Positions 12,069-24,241 of a stretch of DNA of 64,000 nt are shown piece by piece (position 1 is the stretch's first letter; the number at the start of each line of letters is the position of its first letter). A model generated the notes under the pieces. It worked only from the letters and a program-made list of their open reading frames with translations, searched no databases and was not told the origin of the DNA. Where the stretch lies: the NCBI RefSeq assembly GCF_058153355.1, contig NZ_CM177019.1; one strand, written 5' to 3'. A program made the translations under genes and the position numbers.

Positions 12069-13565
12069 TTACTGTGCGGGTGGAATATCCGTCACTTCAG
12101 GATGTACGTCATCCGTGGCAACAGAGGTTGTGGCAGCAGTAGTAGATGGGGCCATGATTTGATCCCAGGCCGCCTGCAACGCTTTCATGTTAAATTCTGG
12201 CTCGCCTTTCGGCTGCAGAAGAATTAACGCCATATCGTTCGACAACTGCTGGCGCAGATCCTGATTTAACATCTCTACCGTCAGACTATTAAGGAAATCC
12301 TGCCGCAATTTCTGATATTGCTCCGGCGCGATATCGACGACCTGATTTTGCAACGAACGCATCCGCTGGCCCATCAAAATATCGGTATCAGCTCGCGCAT
12401 AGGCGGCAAACAGTTTCTGCAGCTCCAGTTTCTTTTGCGCCACTAACGCATTGAACTCTTCTTCCGGCAGACCTTTATCGCGAACCTTCGCCAGCTCACG
12501 CGCTACCAAATTAAGGTTGCTGTTCAGCTTGTCGTTTGGTGACTCGATGTTGATGGCACACTGCGCACGCAGATACAGCACACGGCAGTCAAATCCAAGA
12601 CCGATGTCTTTGCTGTTACTGGTGCTTAACGCTTGCTGAACGTGCCAGAACAGCGCCTCACGGGCCAGGTCCGCACGCCAGTAGCGCAGCAGTGCGGCTG
12701 ATTCACGAATTGGCTGCCACGGCGTATCCCACATGATAGATAACCGGTCCTGACGTACCGCATCGGTCATAATACTCACCGCTTCAGGACGCAGCGGAGA
12801 AAGCGTCGGCACCGGAGCCGGTGTTTCACGTTTGCCTTTCAGTTCGCCAAACGTTTTGTTGATTTGGTCGACAACCGAGCGCGCATCCACGTTTCCCACC
12901 ACCAGCAGCGTCATTGCATCCGGGGTGTACCATTTCTGATAGAAATCTTTAATCTTTTCCGCTTCAACGGGTTGTTTCAGCGGATCGGCAGGATCGTGAC
13001 CTAACAAGGTTGATCCTTTCAGACGATAGCGCCACCAGCCCTCTTTAGTATCGGCAGGCCAGGTTGCTACCATGTCCTGACTTTGCAGCGCGTGGTTGAT
13101 GGTTTCTGGCGTGATAGTCAGTTTGCCAGTGGCATTTGCCAGATAAGAGAGCGCTTCTTTCAGCAAGTCGTTACGGTTATTGGGCAAACTCAGATTAAAC
13201 AGCGTAGTGTCATAAGAGACAATTACCGGCGGCATCGGGCGTTTAGGGTCGATCCCCTGCTGCCACAATGAACGCGCCTGTGCTGCGTCAAGGCCACCGC
13301 TTTGCGTTAACGCAATACGAGGGATGGCGTGACTGTAACCGCTCTGTTGTGTACTTTCGGCGAGCGAACCGGTATTAACCAGCAGGCGAATTTCAACGCG
13401 ATCGCTGGGACGCTGGGGCGTGGTCAGCACTTGCCACTGTAAACCGTTGGAAAGCGTCCCCTGTTGCCATGCTGGATCAGGCTGGAGCGCATCTGCCTGC
13501 ACATAGCCAGCAGTGGCCATCATCAGCAAACCGCCCGCTAAAAGTCGAATTTTTGTGCCCTGCAT
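12069..13565 (-). CDS. yhjJ: Periplasmic M16-family peptidase-like protein
   Basis: 498-aa ORF with N-terminal signal peptide. Confidence 0.8.
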   Translation of the reverse strand: MQGTKIRLLAGGLLMMATAGYVQADALQPDPAWQQGTLSNGLQWQVLTTPQRPSDRVEIRLLVNTGSLAESTQQSGYSHAIPRIALTQSGGLDAAQARSLWQQGIDPKRPMPPVIVSYDTTLFNLSLPNNRNDLLKEALSYLANATGKLTITPETINHALQSQDMVATWPADTKEGWWRYRLKGSTLLGHDPADPLKQPVEAEKIKDFYQKWYTPDAMTLLVVGNVDARSVVDQINKTFGELKGKRETPAPVPTLSPLRPEAVSIMTDAVRQDRLSIMWDTPWQPIRESAALLRYWRADLAREALFWHVQQALSTSNSKDIGLGFDCRVLYLRAQCAINIESPNDKLNSNLNLVARELAKVRDKGLPEEEFNALVAQKKLELQKLFAAYARADTDILMGQRMRSLQNQVVDIAPEQYQKLRQDFLNSLTVEMLNQDLRQQLSNDMALILLQPKGEPEFNMKALQAAWDQIMAPSTTAATTSVATDDVHPEVTDIPPAQ

Positions 13566-13784
13566 GTGAACCCCTGATCAACTATCCTGGTAATAAAAAA
13601 CTGCCCGTTGTCGGTCAGTCTAAATGACATTAAAAACACTTCGTGTTAGACCGCAAGAACATGAAAATGTCACGGAAGAAGTGAAATAAACCTGAACTCA
13701 CCCAGGTGGTAAGTTCAGGCACAGGGGTCAATTATGCGCAAACACCCGCACTCGGGGAAGGGAGTGCGGGCATAAGTGGTGAGA

Positions 13785-15107
<1,323 letters not shown>

Positions 15108-15253
15108 TTATGGGGTACCTGCGGCCTTAAAATAACACCCAGACAACATCACAGAAATGTACCTGGATCATAATTGAAACAAAAAGGTTAAAAAGTTTGA
15201 GCTGGCTCGCACAAACCAGCACTTTTTAAAGTTTTGTAATCAGTTTGGGGTAG

Positions 15254-17242
15254 CTACTTTTCTTCCAGGTAACTCTCTTCGAAGATTTCAATAGGGAGTG
15301 GGCGAGCAAAAAGGAAGCCCTGGGCAATACCAACGCCCGCTTTTGCCAGCCAGTCGCGTTGTGCTTCAGTCTCCACGCCTTCGGCAATCATTTGTAAGTT
15401 CAGGCTTTGCGCCAACATGATAATTGCAGCAATCATGCTGCTATCTTCCGGCAAGCCTTCAACAAACATTTTGTCGATTTTTAACACGTCGATTGGCAAC
15501 GATTTCATATGCTGCAGCTGACGCAGCCCTGCGTAGCCCATGCCGAAATCATCCAGCGCCACCCGAACGCCGGCATTACGCAACGGGCGGAGAATTGCCA
15601 CCGCTGCATGAGGGTCGTCAATACGTCGGCTTTCTGTCACTTCCAGAATCAGTGTTCCCGGCTGAATGCGATAGCGGGTTAACAGTTCCAGCATATCCGC
15701 TACCATATTCGGGTGCATTAGTTGCAGCGCTGAGAGGTTTACCGACAAGGGCAACATAATGCCGCGCTCTTGCCAGGCAGCCAGCAGTCGACAGGACTCT
15801 TCCAGCACCCAGTGACCGACGGTAACCATCAGCCCACAGCACTCAATGCGATCGATTAAGCCATCCGGCAGATCCCAACTGCCATCCGGTTGCTGGATAC
15901 GCAGTAACACTTCCGCACTGACCAGTTTACCGCTGGTCATCTCGACCTGTGGCTGTAACCAAATCGCAAACTGATGATTTTCCAGTGCATTAAGGATATC
16001 GCTCTCTTCCGTCAACCGCTGTTGGGCGGCTTCCATCTGCTGCGGATCAAAGAACTGAATCTGATTCTTACCTTTATGGCGAGCGGTAAATGCCGCAGAA
16101 ATAGCGCGACTGTAAAGCTGTTCGGCGGTGAGATCGCCGTAGAACATCGCCACGCCAATGCTACAGTGCGGACGAAGTTGAATACGTTCAATCGGCAGGC
16201 GCTCGCTCATGATAGTGAGCACTTGCTGACCTAAAGTAATAGCATGCCACGGCTCCTGTACACCGTTGGCAATGACAGCAAAGTCATAACCACTAATCTG
16301 CGCGAGGATCATACGTGGCGACAGTACCGATTTGAGTTTTTCCACCAGCGTCAGCAGCAGAATTTCTCGTTGCGCCTCTTTCAGCACGCCCGCAGTATCA
16401 CGCAGGGTTTCACAGGTGATAATCATCAGCGCGGTGGTTTGTTTACGCGCGACAACCTGCTCCAGCATCTCCATCAGCAAGGCTTTGTTCGGCAAATCCG
16501 ACACCGGGAAGCGCATCGCATTTTCGTTCTGTTCTTCATAATGGCGCTGCAGCAATTGCTGGTTGAGGTTGTAACTGCGCACCAGCATACCGATTTCATC
16601 GTCCTGATGCAGACGTGGTAATGCCAGTTGGTGACCAACAAGCTCCTGGGCTGGGATGGCGTTAAGTTCACGAGCAATATTGCGTAACGGATGCAAAATC
16701 AGGCGGTTAATGCACCAGCTAATCGCCACCGTCAATATTAACGACAAAAGTAAGTAAATGGTCACTAACGTTGAGAGGGTGCTCATCACGAACTTATACA
16801 TGCGGAAGGAATCCGCCTGTAGCACCAGATAGGCAATTGGCTGCGGGTTTGCCGGACGTTCCAGCGAGTAAACGCCCAGCGAGATTTGCACCGGTAGCTC
16901 AAACATGCGAGTAACCATTACCGGCACCGGACGCTCTGGAATAAAACTTTTACGCAGCGCCTGGAACTGGTTAGGCAGCACCACATCGGCACGGCTGACC
17001 ACGCCTGCCGGTTTAATGCTGGCAAGAATAGCTTCCGCTTCGGGAATATCGCCTTTCAAAATGGCAGAAGATAAGGGTTCGCGGACAGAGCGAGCAATGC
17101 TTTCCAGTTGCGTAGCCGTGTTATAGCGATTCTGCTGGACCAGATGGAACAGCAAAACGGTGCAAAAAATAAAAACGAACACCAGGACAACGGCTGCCAC
17201 CATTGCCATCTGCTTGATTGTTAACGAGCGACTTACGCGCAA
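15254..17242 (-). CDS. pdeK: Membrane c-di-GMP phosphodiesterase (HAMP–GGDEF-like–EAL)
   Basis: 662-aa ORF; N-terminal TM segments, C-terminal EAL domain; start codon not verified. Confidence 0.8.
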   Translation of the reverse strand: MRVSRSLTIKQMAMVAAVVLVFVFIFCTVLLFHLVQQNRYNTATQLESIARSVREPLSSAILKGDIPEAEAILASIKPAGVVSRADVVLPNQFQALRKSFIPERPVPVMVTRMFELPVQISLGVYSLERPANPQPIAYLVLQADSFRMYKFVMSTLSTLVTIYLLLSLILTVAISWCINRLILHPLRNIARELNAIPAQELVGHQLALPRLHQDDEIGMLVRSYNLNQQLLQRHYEEQNENAMRFPVSDLPNKALLMEMLEQVVARKQTTALMIITCETLRDTAGVLKEAQREILLLTLVEKLKSVLSPRMILAQISGYDFAVIANGVQEPWHAITLGQQVLTIMSERLPIERIQLRPHCSIGVAMFYGDLTAEQLYSRAISAAFTARHKGKNQIQFFDPQQMEAAQQRLTEESDILNALENHQFAIWLQPQVEMTSGKLVSAEVLLRIQQPDGSWDLPDGLIDRIECCGLMVTVGHWVLEESCRLLAAWQERGIMLPLSVNLSALQLMHPNMVADMLELLTRYRIQPGTLILEVTESRRIDDPHAAVAILRPLRNAGVRVALDDFGMGYAGLRQLQHMKSLPIDVLKIDKMFVEGLPEDSSMIAAIIMLAQSLNLQMIAEGVETEAQRDWLAKAGVGIAQGFLFARPLPIEIFEESYLEEK

Positions 17243-17323
17243 ATTGTCTCCCCCCGGAAATCCCAGATTGCCGCCCGAGTATACCCGATCGCAGCGGCAT
17301 TAAGAGAGGCGCTATCTGAAAAC

Positions 17324-20300
17324 TTACCAGTCGGCGTAAGGTATCAGCGGCTGCGGCGGTAAATCCATGTCACCCTGCCATCCGGCGGCGGAATAACGTA
17401 CGTAGAGCAGGAAATGGCTGGGCGCGTAATCTTTCGCCTGCTGGATATCAATTGCTGTACCGACAAACCAGTTGGATGTGACGCGACGCTCAAGTAATGC
17501 CCGCGCCGTATAGCCAAAGCCCTGACTGCTGCCGCCATCGTTGGATTGCCGCGCAGCTTCTTCCTGCCAGTCAGTCGGGATCAGATTCATCAGCGGATAC
17601 CGCGGCATGGTTTTGGTGCGCGAATGCGACCACGAACCAGACGCCCCCAGCTCCCACGACCAGTTTTCTGTCCGCTCACGCCACATCACCGGAATGGCAA
17701 ACGACAGGTATTCCTGCGGGCTGTAGTAACCGCCCTGACCGAGTGAGTACCCACTCAGATCTTTGTCGTAATGCCAGATCATGTTGTTCAGGCCGATTGT
17801 CACGCGGCGATTGTTCTGGTTGATGACCTTATAGTAATAGCCCGTCATCCAGCGCACGCGCCAGTTATCTTCAACATTTTTACCGGTTAACTGGTCGCCG
17901 CTAAGCGATGCCCAGACGCCGTTTGCTTCACCTTTATCGTAGCTCAGGCTTAGCCCCACGCCGTCGGCACGCACGCCGCCCCATTTTTTCCCGGTATTGC
18001 CTGGGGAGTCTTTTTGCCCGCCAAAGGCCAGCAAAGAACTGGAGATGGGCCGACGATGGGCGTTAACTGTGTAACCCAGCGGCCCGATATCATCGCTGTA
18101 ACTGATGCCGCCGACCACATCCACCACGTTGAAGCCCATCGGCGTGGTGCCGATATCCCAGCTCCAGACGTCATTTCGCCAGCCGACCGCCACGCTGGCA
18201 CCGGAATCCGACTGGCTGCGGTTGCCGCTACAGTCCTGTAATGTACAGGTGCCCCAGTTGTCATCCCATTTGCCATCGGCATTAGTGGAGAAACTGCCGA
18301 CGTTCATATTGACGAAATCACTGCGAAAGAACATCCGCCCGTCAGAATACGGCGCATCCACCTGCAACATGGTAGTGTGCGCTTTCAGATCGGAGTAACC
18401 ACCGGTGCCGCTCGACCCCCAGTAATCGTGCTCGAGGGTGACGTTAAGATCCTGCTGGCGGTAGAGATCTGCCGCATCGCTGCGCACGCCGCGTTTCAGC
18501 CAGTCATCTTTCTCGTCGTTACGAGTCAGCCGGGTAAAGGTGTCGTTATCCTGCGGACGCGTCGTGGTCACACCGGATGCAACCATCGCGTCTTTGTAGG
18601 TTTCCAGCGCCTGCGTTGGATCGCCCGCCTGTGCTTCAAACTTCGCACCGTCGCGCAGTACCATCGCGCTTTCCATCGACGGTGGCTGAGATTTTGCCTG
18701 CGGGATCAGCTTGTTAAACGTCTGCTGCGCCGCTGCGGTATCGCCAAGCTGCGCCTGCGCCAGCGCCACGCGCCGCTGTGTGTTCAGGGAGGCGTTATCG
18801 GAGGCAGGCAGTTTCGCCAGTTGGCTACGTGCCGCCGCTTTGTCACCGGCAGCGATATCCACTTCCGTCAGGCCAAGAATGGCATCAGCGTTAGTTGGCT
18901 CCCGCGTCAGGACATTCTGATATGCAGCACGGGCAGCAGCGTAATCACGTCGTTGTTGCGCCCAGTCAGCCAGCGTCAGATCAATACGCGAGGAAGGCGG
19001 TTGCTGGCGCAGCATCGCTGCTGCTTCTGCCTCTTTACCGTTTTCTCGCAGGCGATTAGCGGTTTCCAGCACCTGGTCGCTTTGCAGCCGATTAACCAGC
19101 TCCTGAATATTGCTGTTCCACTGGGCACGCGGCAGGCTGTTGATATGCGCCAGTGCCGCTCTGTCCTGGTCGTGACCTGAAAGGTACAGCCCGTAAGCGT
19201 AAACCTGCTCCGGGTCGTTCGGCTTCTGCTGCACGAGATTGCGCATTAACGTATCGGCCTGGCTGCGTTGTCCGGCCTGCCAGAGATCCTGCGAAAGTCG
19301 GTAAGTAATCCATACACTGCCGGGGTCCAGTGCCAGTCGTTGCCGCTGAAGTGCTGCTGCCTGCGCCCATTTGCCCTGGTTTTCCAGTGCCTCTGCCTGC
19401 TGTGCCAGACGATCGTTTTGCAGGCTACGTTCGATATCATCAATGCTGCGCCGCTGGCTGGCAGAGAGCGAGGCGATAAACGCTTCGGCTTTTTCTGGCG
19501 ATTGCTGGCGGTAAATATTCGCTAGCCCGCGCACGGCGTTGGTATTGCCGCTGTCCATGCGCAGCGTCTGCTGGTAATAGCGTTCGGCGGCGGAATAATC
19601 TTTTCGCGCCATCGCCACATCGCCCAGCCCCAACACCGCATAGCTGTCGGTGTTATCGACACTGCGCGCCTGCTGGAACAGGCGTTCTGCCCGGTCAGGA
19701 TTATTGGCTTTCAGCGCGGCATCACCCTGCTGGATCGCCAGCCAGTAGCGGTTTACTTTCAGCAGACTGTTCCATTTGTCGTTGTTGCTGCTGTGCGGGT
19801 CCAGTGCGAGGGCTTTTTCCAGATTCGCCACCGCATTGGCGCGATCGCCTTTCTGAGAATACGCCTGGCCCAGCGCCCCCAGTGCCTCACTGTCTTTCGG
19901 GTTCGCCCGCACTGCCTGTTGTAGTTCGGGAATGGCTTTACCCGCCATGCCAGAGTCCACTGCCGCTAAACCTTGCGCACGAGCGCGGAAAGCAGGGTCG
20001 GCCAGCTGTTTTTGCTGTTCTGCCAGTTGCGATTGCGCAGCAGCTACGCTGTCGCCATCGCTAAAGATAGAGAGATATTTTTTCAGCGCCTGCACGCTGG
20101 CATCGCTGACAGGCATGTCTTTAATCTGCCCGTACCAGATTTTAGAGGCTCCCTCGCGCCCGGCGTTCGATTTCGCCATCTGCTCCAGTACAGCAAAACC
20201 TTCATCACGCCGATCGCTACTAAACAGCAATAGCGCCAGATTGTTTTGCAGGCCCGTATTGCCCGGCGTATCCGCATTGATGCGTTTTAGCTGATTAATC

Positions 20301-20797
20301 GCTTCGCCACGGCGAGCCGGAATTTTCGCCACCGTACTCCAGTACTCGACGGCAATGTCACCTTCCGGCGGCGCACCGTTGAACAGCTTGTTGTAACTCG
20401 CCACAGCTTCTTCTGCATGACCGGTAGTCGCCTGCAATCTTGCCTGTTGCAGTGCCTGACGACCATCCGGAGTAGAAAGTAACATTGTGGTCCGCGACGA
20501 TTTATACGCATTTGAACTCGGCGCTAACTGCGACAGCCGATCGAGCTGTTTTTGCGCGCCATCAATATCGCCCTGACGTAACAGAGAACGGAAACGGGCG
20601 GCAACGACGTCCGGGTTATTCGGATCAATAAGTTCCAGCCGATACAACGACTGTTGCACCAGGTCTTCACGATGGGTCGCTTCGCCTAACCGAACTTGCT
20701 CCAGCAACTGTTGCTGAGCGGTTGGTGCTGCCTCGACCATCGGCATGACGGCCAGACCGAGGGAAAGCGTGAATATGTTTAGTGTGAATTTGCGCAT
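17324..20797 (-). CDS. bcsC: Cellulose synthase outer-membrane subunit BcsC (TPR repeats plus beta-barrel)
   Basis: 1157-aa ORF; repeated TPR-like segments; C-terminal W-ending barrel. Confidence 0.9.
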   Translation of the reverse strand: MRKFTLNIFTLSLGLAVMPMVEAAPTAQQQLLEQVRLGEATHREDLVQQSLYRLELIDPNNPDVVAARFRSLLRQGDIDGAQKQLDRLSQLAPSSNAYKSSRTTMLLSTPDGRQALQQARLQATTGHAEEAVASYNKLFNGAPPEGDIAVEYWSTVAKIPARRGEAINQLKRINADTPGNTGLQNNLALLLFSSDRRDEGFAVLEQMAKSNAGREGASKIWYGQIKDMPVSDASVQALKKYLSIFSDGDSVAAAQSQLAEQQKQLADPAFRARAQGLAAVDSGMAGKAIPELQQAVRANPKDSEALGALGQAYSQKGDRANAVANLEKALALDPHSSNNDKWNSLLKVNRYWLAIQQGDAALKANNPDRAERLFQQARSVDNTDSYAVLGLGDVAMARKDYSAAERYYQQTLRMDSGNTNAVRGLANIYRQQSPEKAEAFIASLSASQRRSIDDIERSLQNDRLAQQAEALENQGKWAQAAALQRQRLALDPGSVWITYRLSQDLWQAGQRSQADTLMRNLVQQKPNDPEQVYAYGLYLSGHDQDRAALAHINSLPRAQWNSNIQELVNRLQSDQVLETANRLRENGKEAEAAAMLRQQPPSSRIDLTLADWAQQRRDYAAARAAYQNVLTREPTNADAILGLTEVDIAAGDKAAARSQLAKLPASDNASLNTQRRVALAQAQLGDTAAAQQTFNKLIPQAKSQPPSMESAMVLRDGAKFEAQAGDPTQALETYKDAMVASGVTTTRPQDNDTFTRLTRNDEKDDWLKRGVRSDAADLYRQQDLNVTLEHDYWGSSGTGGYSDLKAHTTMLQVDAPYSDGRMFFRSDFVNMNVGSFSTNADGKWDDNWGTCTLQDCSGNRSQSDSGASVAVGWRNDVWSWDIGTTPMGFNVVDVVGGISYSDDIGPLGYTVNAHRRPISSSLLAFGGQKDSPGNTGKKWGGVRADGVGLSLSYDKGEANGVWASLSGDQLTGKNVEDNWRVRWMTGYYYKVINQNNRRVTIGLNNMIWHYDKDLSGYSLGQGGYYSPQEYLSFAIPVMWRERTENWSWELGASGSWSHSRTKTMPRYPLMNLIPTDWQEEAARQSNDGGSSQGFGYTARALLERRVTSNWFVGTAIDIQQAKDYAPSHFLLYVRYSAAGWQGDMDLPPQPLIPYADW

Positions 20798-21885
20798 TCC
20801 TGGCCCCAGTCAGGTAATAACTCACCTTTTGTCGAGAAGCGGAAACGGTGTTGATCCCAGCCTTGTCCAAACAGGGTCAGCACATAGTTGTAATAGGCAT
20901 CGCTGCCGGGAAAGTTATCGGCCACGCGCTGGCGCTGAACGGCCTGTGCATCGCGGTTTTGTAAAAAGGGCAGCATGGCGGCAGAAAAACCGACCGGTCC
21001 TTTACCCTGCGCTTTCCCCGTAGCCACATCGACTTTTTCCGGCGGATAGCCGTTTTTCTCGGTGAATGTCGCCATCGGTTTAAACCGGTTGAGCATCCGC
21101 GCTTTTTGCGGATCGCTGTCAGGCATCATGCCTACCCACATGTAAACACGGATAGCGTCGTAGCTGCTGATCAATGTTTTTTCGGCTTTTAGCTGCCAGC
21201 CTTTGTCTTTCTCATAGCGCACCCAGTCTGGTGAAAAGCCTTTCGGGGCGGTTTCCAGCAATAAACGTTGATTGGTTTCGCGCAGCGTAGTCCACGGCGC
21301 GCCAAAGCGGGTGAAATACTGCGCCAGCGTCGGCGGCAGGTAGCTGGGGTTAAAACGCCAGCTGTTATCCTCAGCAAATCCCACTTTGCCCGGCAACAAC
21401 ATGGAACCCAGCCCAGGCACCGTCACTACTTCCTCCCGCGCAATACGTTTTAACAACGCGCTGCCGATATCCGTATAACGCTGCTCTTTCCACAACCGCC
21501 CCGCCTCCAGCAATGACCAGGCCATCCAGACATCACCATCAGAGGCCGAATTGCTGTCCAGCACTTCCCACTTACTGTTCTCTTTCTTGCCCCACAGCCA
21601 GGCGGGCAAATGTTCTTTTAAAGAACCCTGAGCGAGATTGTTCTGCGTCCAGTCGAGAATATTATCGAAAGCTGCACGGTCGTTAGCCGCCAGGGCAAAG
21701 AACATGCCGTAACTTTGCCCTTCGGAGGTGGTGATTTTGCGCGCGTCGCTGGGGTCGATGACGCGCCCTTCCTGACTGATGTAATCCTTTTTGAACTGCT
21801 CCCAAGCAGGCCAGTTGCAGGCAGCCTGAACACTAAAGGCAGCCAGCAGCAGCATCGTCACGAGTCCACTACGCAACACATTCAT
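20779..21885 (-). CDS. bcsZ: Periplasmic endo-1,4-beta-glucanase (GH8)
   Basis: ORF 20779..21891; start at MNVLRSG (368 aa); overlaps bcsC start by 19 nt. Confidence 0.85.
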   Translation of the reverse strand: MNVLRSGLVTMLLLAAFSVQAACNWPAWEQFKKDYISQEGRVIDPSDARKITTSEGQSYGMFFALAANDRAAFDNILDWTQNNLAQGSLKEHLPAWLWGKKENSKWEVLDSNSASDGDVWMAWSLLEAGRLWKEQRYTDIGSALLKRIAREEVVTVPGLGSMLLPGKVGFAEDNSWRFNPSYLPPTLAQYFTRFGAPWTTLRETNQRLLLETAPKGFSPDWVRYEKDKGWQLKAEKTLISSYDAIRVYMWVGMMPDSDPQKARMLNRFKPMATFTEKNGYPPEKVDVATGKAQGKGPVGFSAAMLPFLQNRDAQAVQRQRVADNFPGSDAYYNYVLTLFGQGWDQHRFRFSTKGELLPDWGQECANSH

Positions 21886-21891
21886 CTTCAA

Positions 21892-24231
21892 TTACTCGTT
21901 ATCCGGGTTAAGACGACGACGGCTGATAATACGCAGCAAACGCCACAGTACCCAGGCCAGCAGCACGACGCTGATTGCCGCCAGCACCGCCAGCAGAATC
22001 GGATGGTTTGCCAGCGCATACCATAAGCGTTCGAACCACGGCAGATGGCCAACGTAATAGACGTCGCCAACACGCAGGCTATTGATACCGGACTCGCGGA
22101 TCACCGCGACCGAGCCGAACATGGTGGCGCGTTTGCCGCTATCGTTCACCGCATCGTTAAGCATTTCATAACCGCGTGGGCTATCTGCCAGCAGCGCAAT
22201 CACGCTACGCTGGTCGTTATACGGCGACTGGAAGCCAATCACCGCTGCCATCGCACCGGAAGAGGTCAGCGTTGATTGAGTTTCTGCCGCGCGATCGCTC
22301 TCGTCCGGCACAATGCCGGGGAACGGGGTCTGGCGCATCGGCGTTTTCACCCAGCTTTCGGTCGCCTGCACCAACAGGTCGATCTGCTTGTCGTCTTTCA
22401 GTTTGTCCGGGATACCACCGATGATCATGATGTCGGCATCTTTGCCCTGAATGGTGCTGCCATCATCGGTCACCGTCAGGTTAATCGCCGGGAAGCCCGT
22501 CTGTGCGCCGATAAAGCCAACGGTATTCAGCAAGGTTTCCATCTGTGCTTCGTTAGGCGCTTTCGGCATCACGGTGATGGTTTGTGACAGATCCGCCATC
22601 CGGCTGAACGGGAAGCCCGCGTTAGCAAATGCGCGTAGATCCGGCATCGGGATGAAGTGGTAATACTTCGAGAAGTCGATGATGGAGTCGTCACCAATCA
22701 CCACATGATTCTGCACCGGCTGGAAGGTAATACAGTTATCCACCGAACCGCCCGGCATCGGGTTCATATACTCAAAGTCAAACCGCAACTGGTTGGTCGC
22801 GCCCAGTTTCAGCGCCGGAATAGAGACATCCGTTTTGCCATCCAGCAAACCTTGTAATACAGGAATACGCAGCAGCAGGCGGTTCGCCTCCTGTTTACTG
22901 CTCAGGTTGAAGGATTGCAGGAACTGGTTATTCAGGCTGATATCCATCCGCGAACTGTCTTTCACCGGCGGCATGGTGTAGCGATAGTTGATATCCATAT
23001 CAATGCCGGTACTGCGCATCAGGTAGAGATCCGGCGGCAGGTTTAGCGAAACGTTAATCGCTGCTGGCTCAAGACCGCTGGATTGTAACTGTTCTTCATA
23101 GGTTTTCAGTTCACCAAAGGTGACCGGACGATCGGTACGCACCCAGTTCGGCGCATCGTACGGCTTACGCGGTAGCAGCGGTTTCACTTCATTCACTACC
23201 ACGCTTTCACCACGGAACAGAATGTTACCCTGAGCGATACCTTTCGCTGCCTGCAACAGGTCTTTGTCGTCACGACCAAAGACCACCAGCAGTTTGACGT
23301 AAGGATTCTGTGGATGGTTGATCATCTCAATCACCGGGGCTTTTACCGCCGGATGATCGCGCAGGAAGTCCGGGCGTTTGTCATTAGTGGCAAAAACGAT
23401 GGCATTGCGATCCGGCAGTTGGTTATAGAGCACCGGGAAGTTCTGCCCACGCCAGCCAGAACGCGAACCAAACCACGAGGCGACAATGGCAGATGCTTGT
23501 TGCAGCCCAACATCCGGCGCACCCGCAAAGACCATCGGCAAGGTGTTGGTGCGGTTATCACGCGGGTCAAAGAATGGTACCGGGAAGTGTGACAGATCAT
23601 TCTTCACATTCAGGGTCTGATAGGTCAGATCCAGTCCACTGCTCCGCCCAACATCCAGCCAAAGCGTGGTGCTGGCCGGGTTTTCGCACACGTCCTGATA
23701 ATGACCGACAAACTCCAGCCGCACACGGTTGAAGTCGGTAATAAACAGTGGGTTAATTGGCATTTGTGCCAGCGTTTTTTTACCCAACTGTTCTTTGGTC
23801 ACTGGCAGCACGCCCATCAGTTCATCATTGAGATAAACCTTTAACTGCGACTGGACAGGCAGTAACGATGGCGATGGCGTGTATTCGAGGTTGAGCATCG
23901 CCTTCGTCACCACTTCATCGCTGCGCATACCAAACTCAATGCTGCCGTTCGGGTTAATGCCACGTAGCACCATGCTGCCCGGCGGTGGCGCAATTTGCGC
24001 AAAGGTCAGCTTCACATCACGCGAAGGACCGTTCTGCGCCACGATGGGGGCATCAGCGCCCTGCACGCCCGGCATCACTTGCCCCACCTGCGGATTTTGT
24101 TCCGTCTGGGCGGCTACAGCTGGCTCAGCATTGATCAGTGGTTGCGTTGCTGGCGTCGCCTGCGTCATGAAAGAGGGGAACGCACTCATCCCCATAGCCA
24201 CTGCACAAATCCAGAATAGTTTTCTTTTCAT
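21892..24231 (-). CDS. bcsB: Cellulose synthase periplasmic subunit BcsB
   Basis: ORF 21892..24318; start set at the signal peptide MKRKLFWICAVAMGMSA (779 aa). Confidence 0.85.
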   Translation of the reverse strand: MKRKLFWICAVAMGMSAFPSFMTQATPATQPLINAEPAVAAQTEQNPQVGQVMPGVQGADAPIVAQNGPSRDVKLTFAQIAPPPGSMVLRGINPNGSIEFGMRSDEVVTKAMLNLEYTPSPSLLPVQSQLKVYLNDELMGVLPVTKEQLGKKTLAQMPINPLFITDFNRVRLEFVGHYQDVCENPASTTLWLDVGRSSGLDLTYQTLNVKNDLSHFPVPFFDPRDNRTNTLPMVFAGAPDVGLQQASAIVASWFGSRSGWRGQNFPVLYNQLPDRNAIVFATNDKRPDFLRDHPAVKAPVIEMINHPQNPYVKLLVVFGRDDKDLLQAAKGIAQGNILFRGESVVVNEVKPLLPRKPYDAPNWVRTDRPVTFGELKTYEEQLQSSGLEPAAINVSLNLPPDLYLMRSTGIDMDINYRYTMPPVKDSSRMDISLNNQFLQSFNLSSKQEANRLLLRIPVLQGLLDGKTDVSIPALKLGATNQLRFDFEYMNPMPGGSVDNCITFQPVQNHVVIGDDSIIDFSKYYHFIPMPDLRAFANAGFPFSRMADLSQTITVMPKAPNEAQMETLLNTVGFIGAQTGFPAINLTVTDDGSTIQGKDADIMIIGGIPDKLKDDKQIDLLVQATESWVKTPMRQTPFPGIVPDESDRAAETQSTLTSSGAMAAVIGFQSPYNDQRSVIALLADSPRGYEMLNDAVNDSGKRATMFGSVAVIRESGINSLRVGDVYYVGHLPWFERLWYALANHPILLAVLAAISVVLLAWVLWRLLRIISRRRLNPDNE

Positions 24232-24241
24232 CGCGTTATCA

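Noticed and set aside
18377-19180. 267-aa plus-strand ORF inside bcsC
   Set aside because: Entirely antisense to the well-supported bcsC; Arg/Cys-rich low-complexity translation typical of a reverse-frame artefact.
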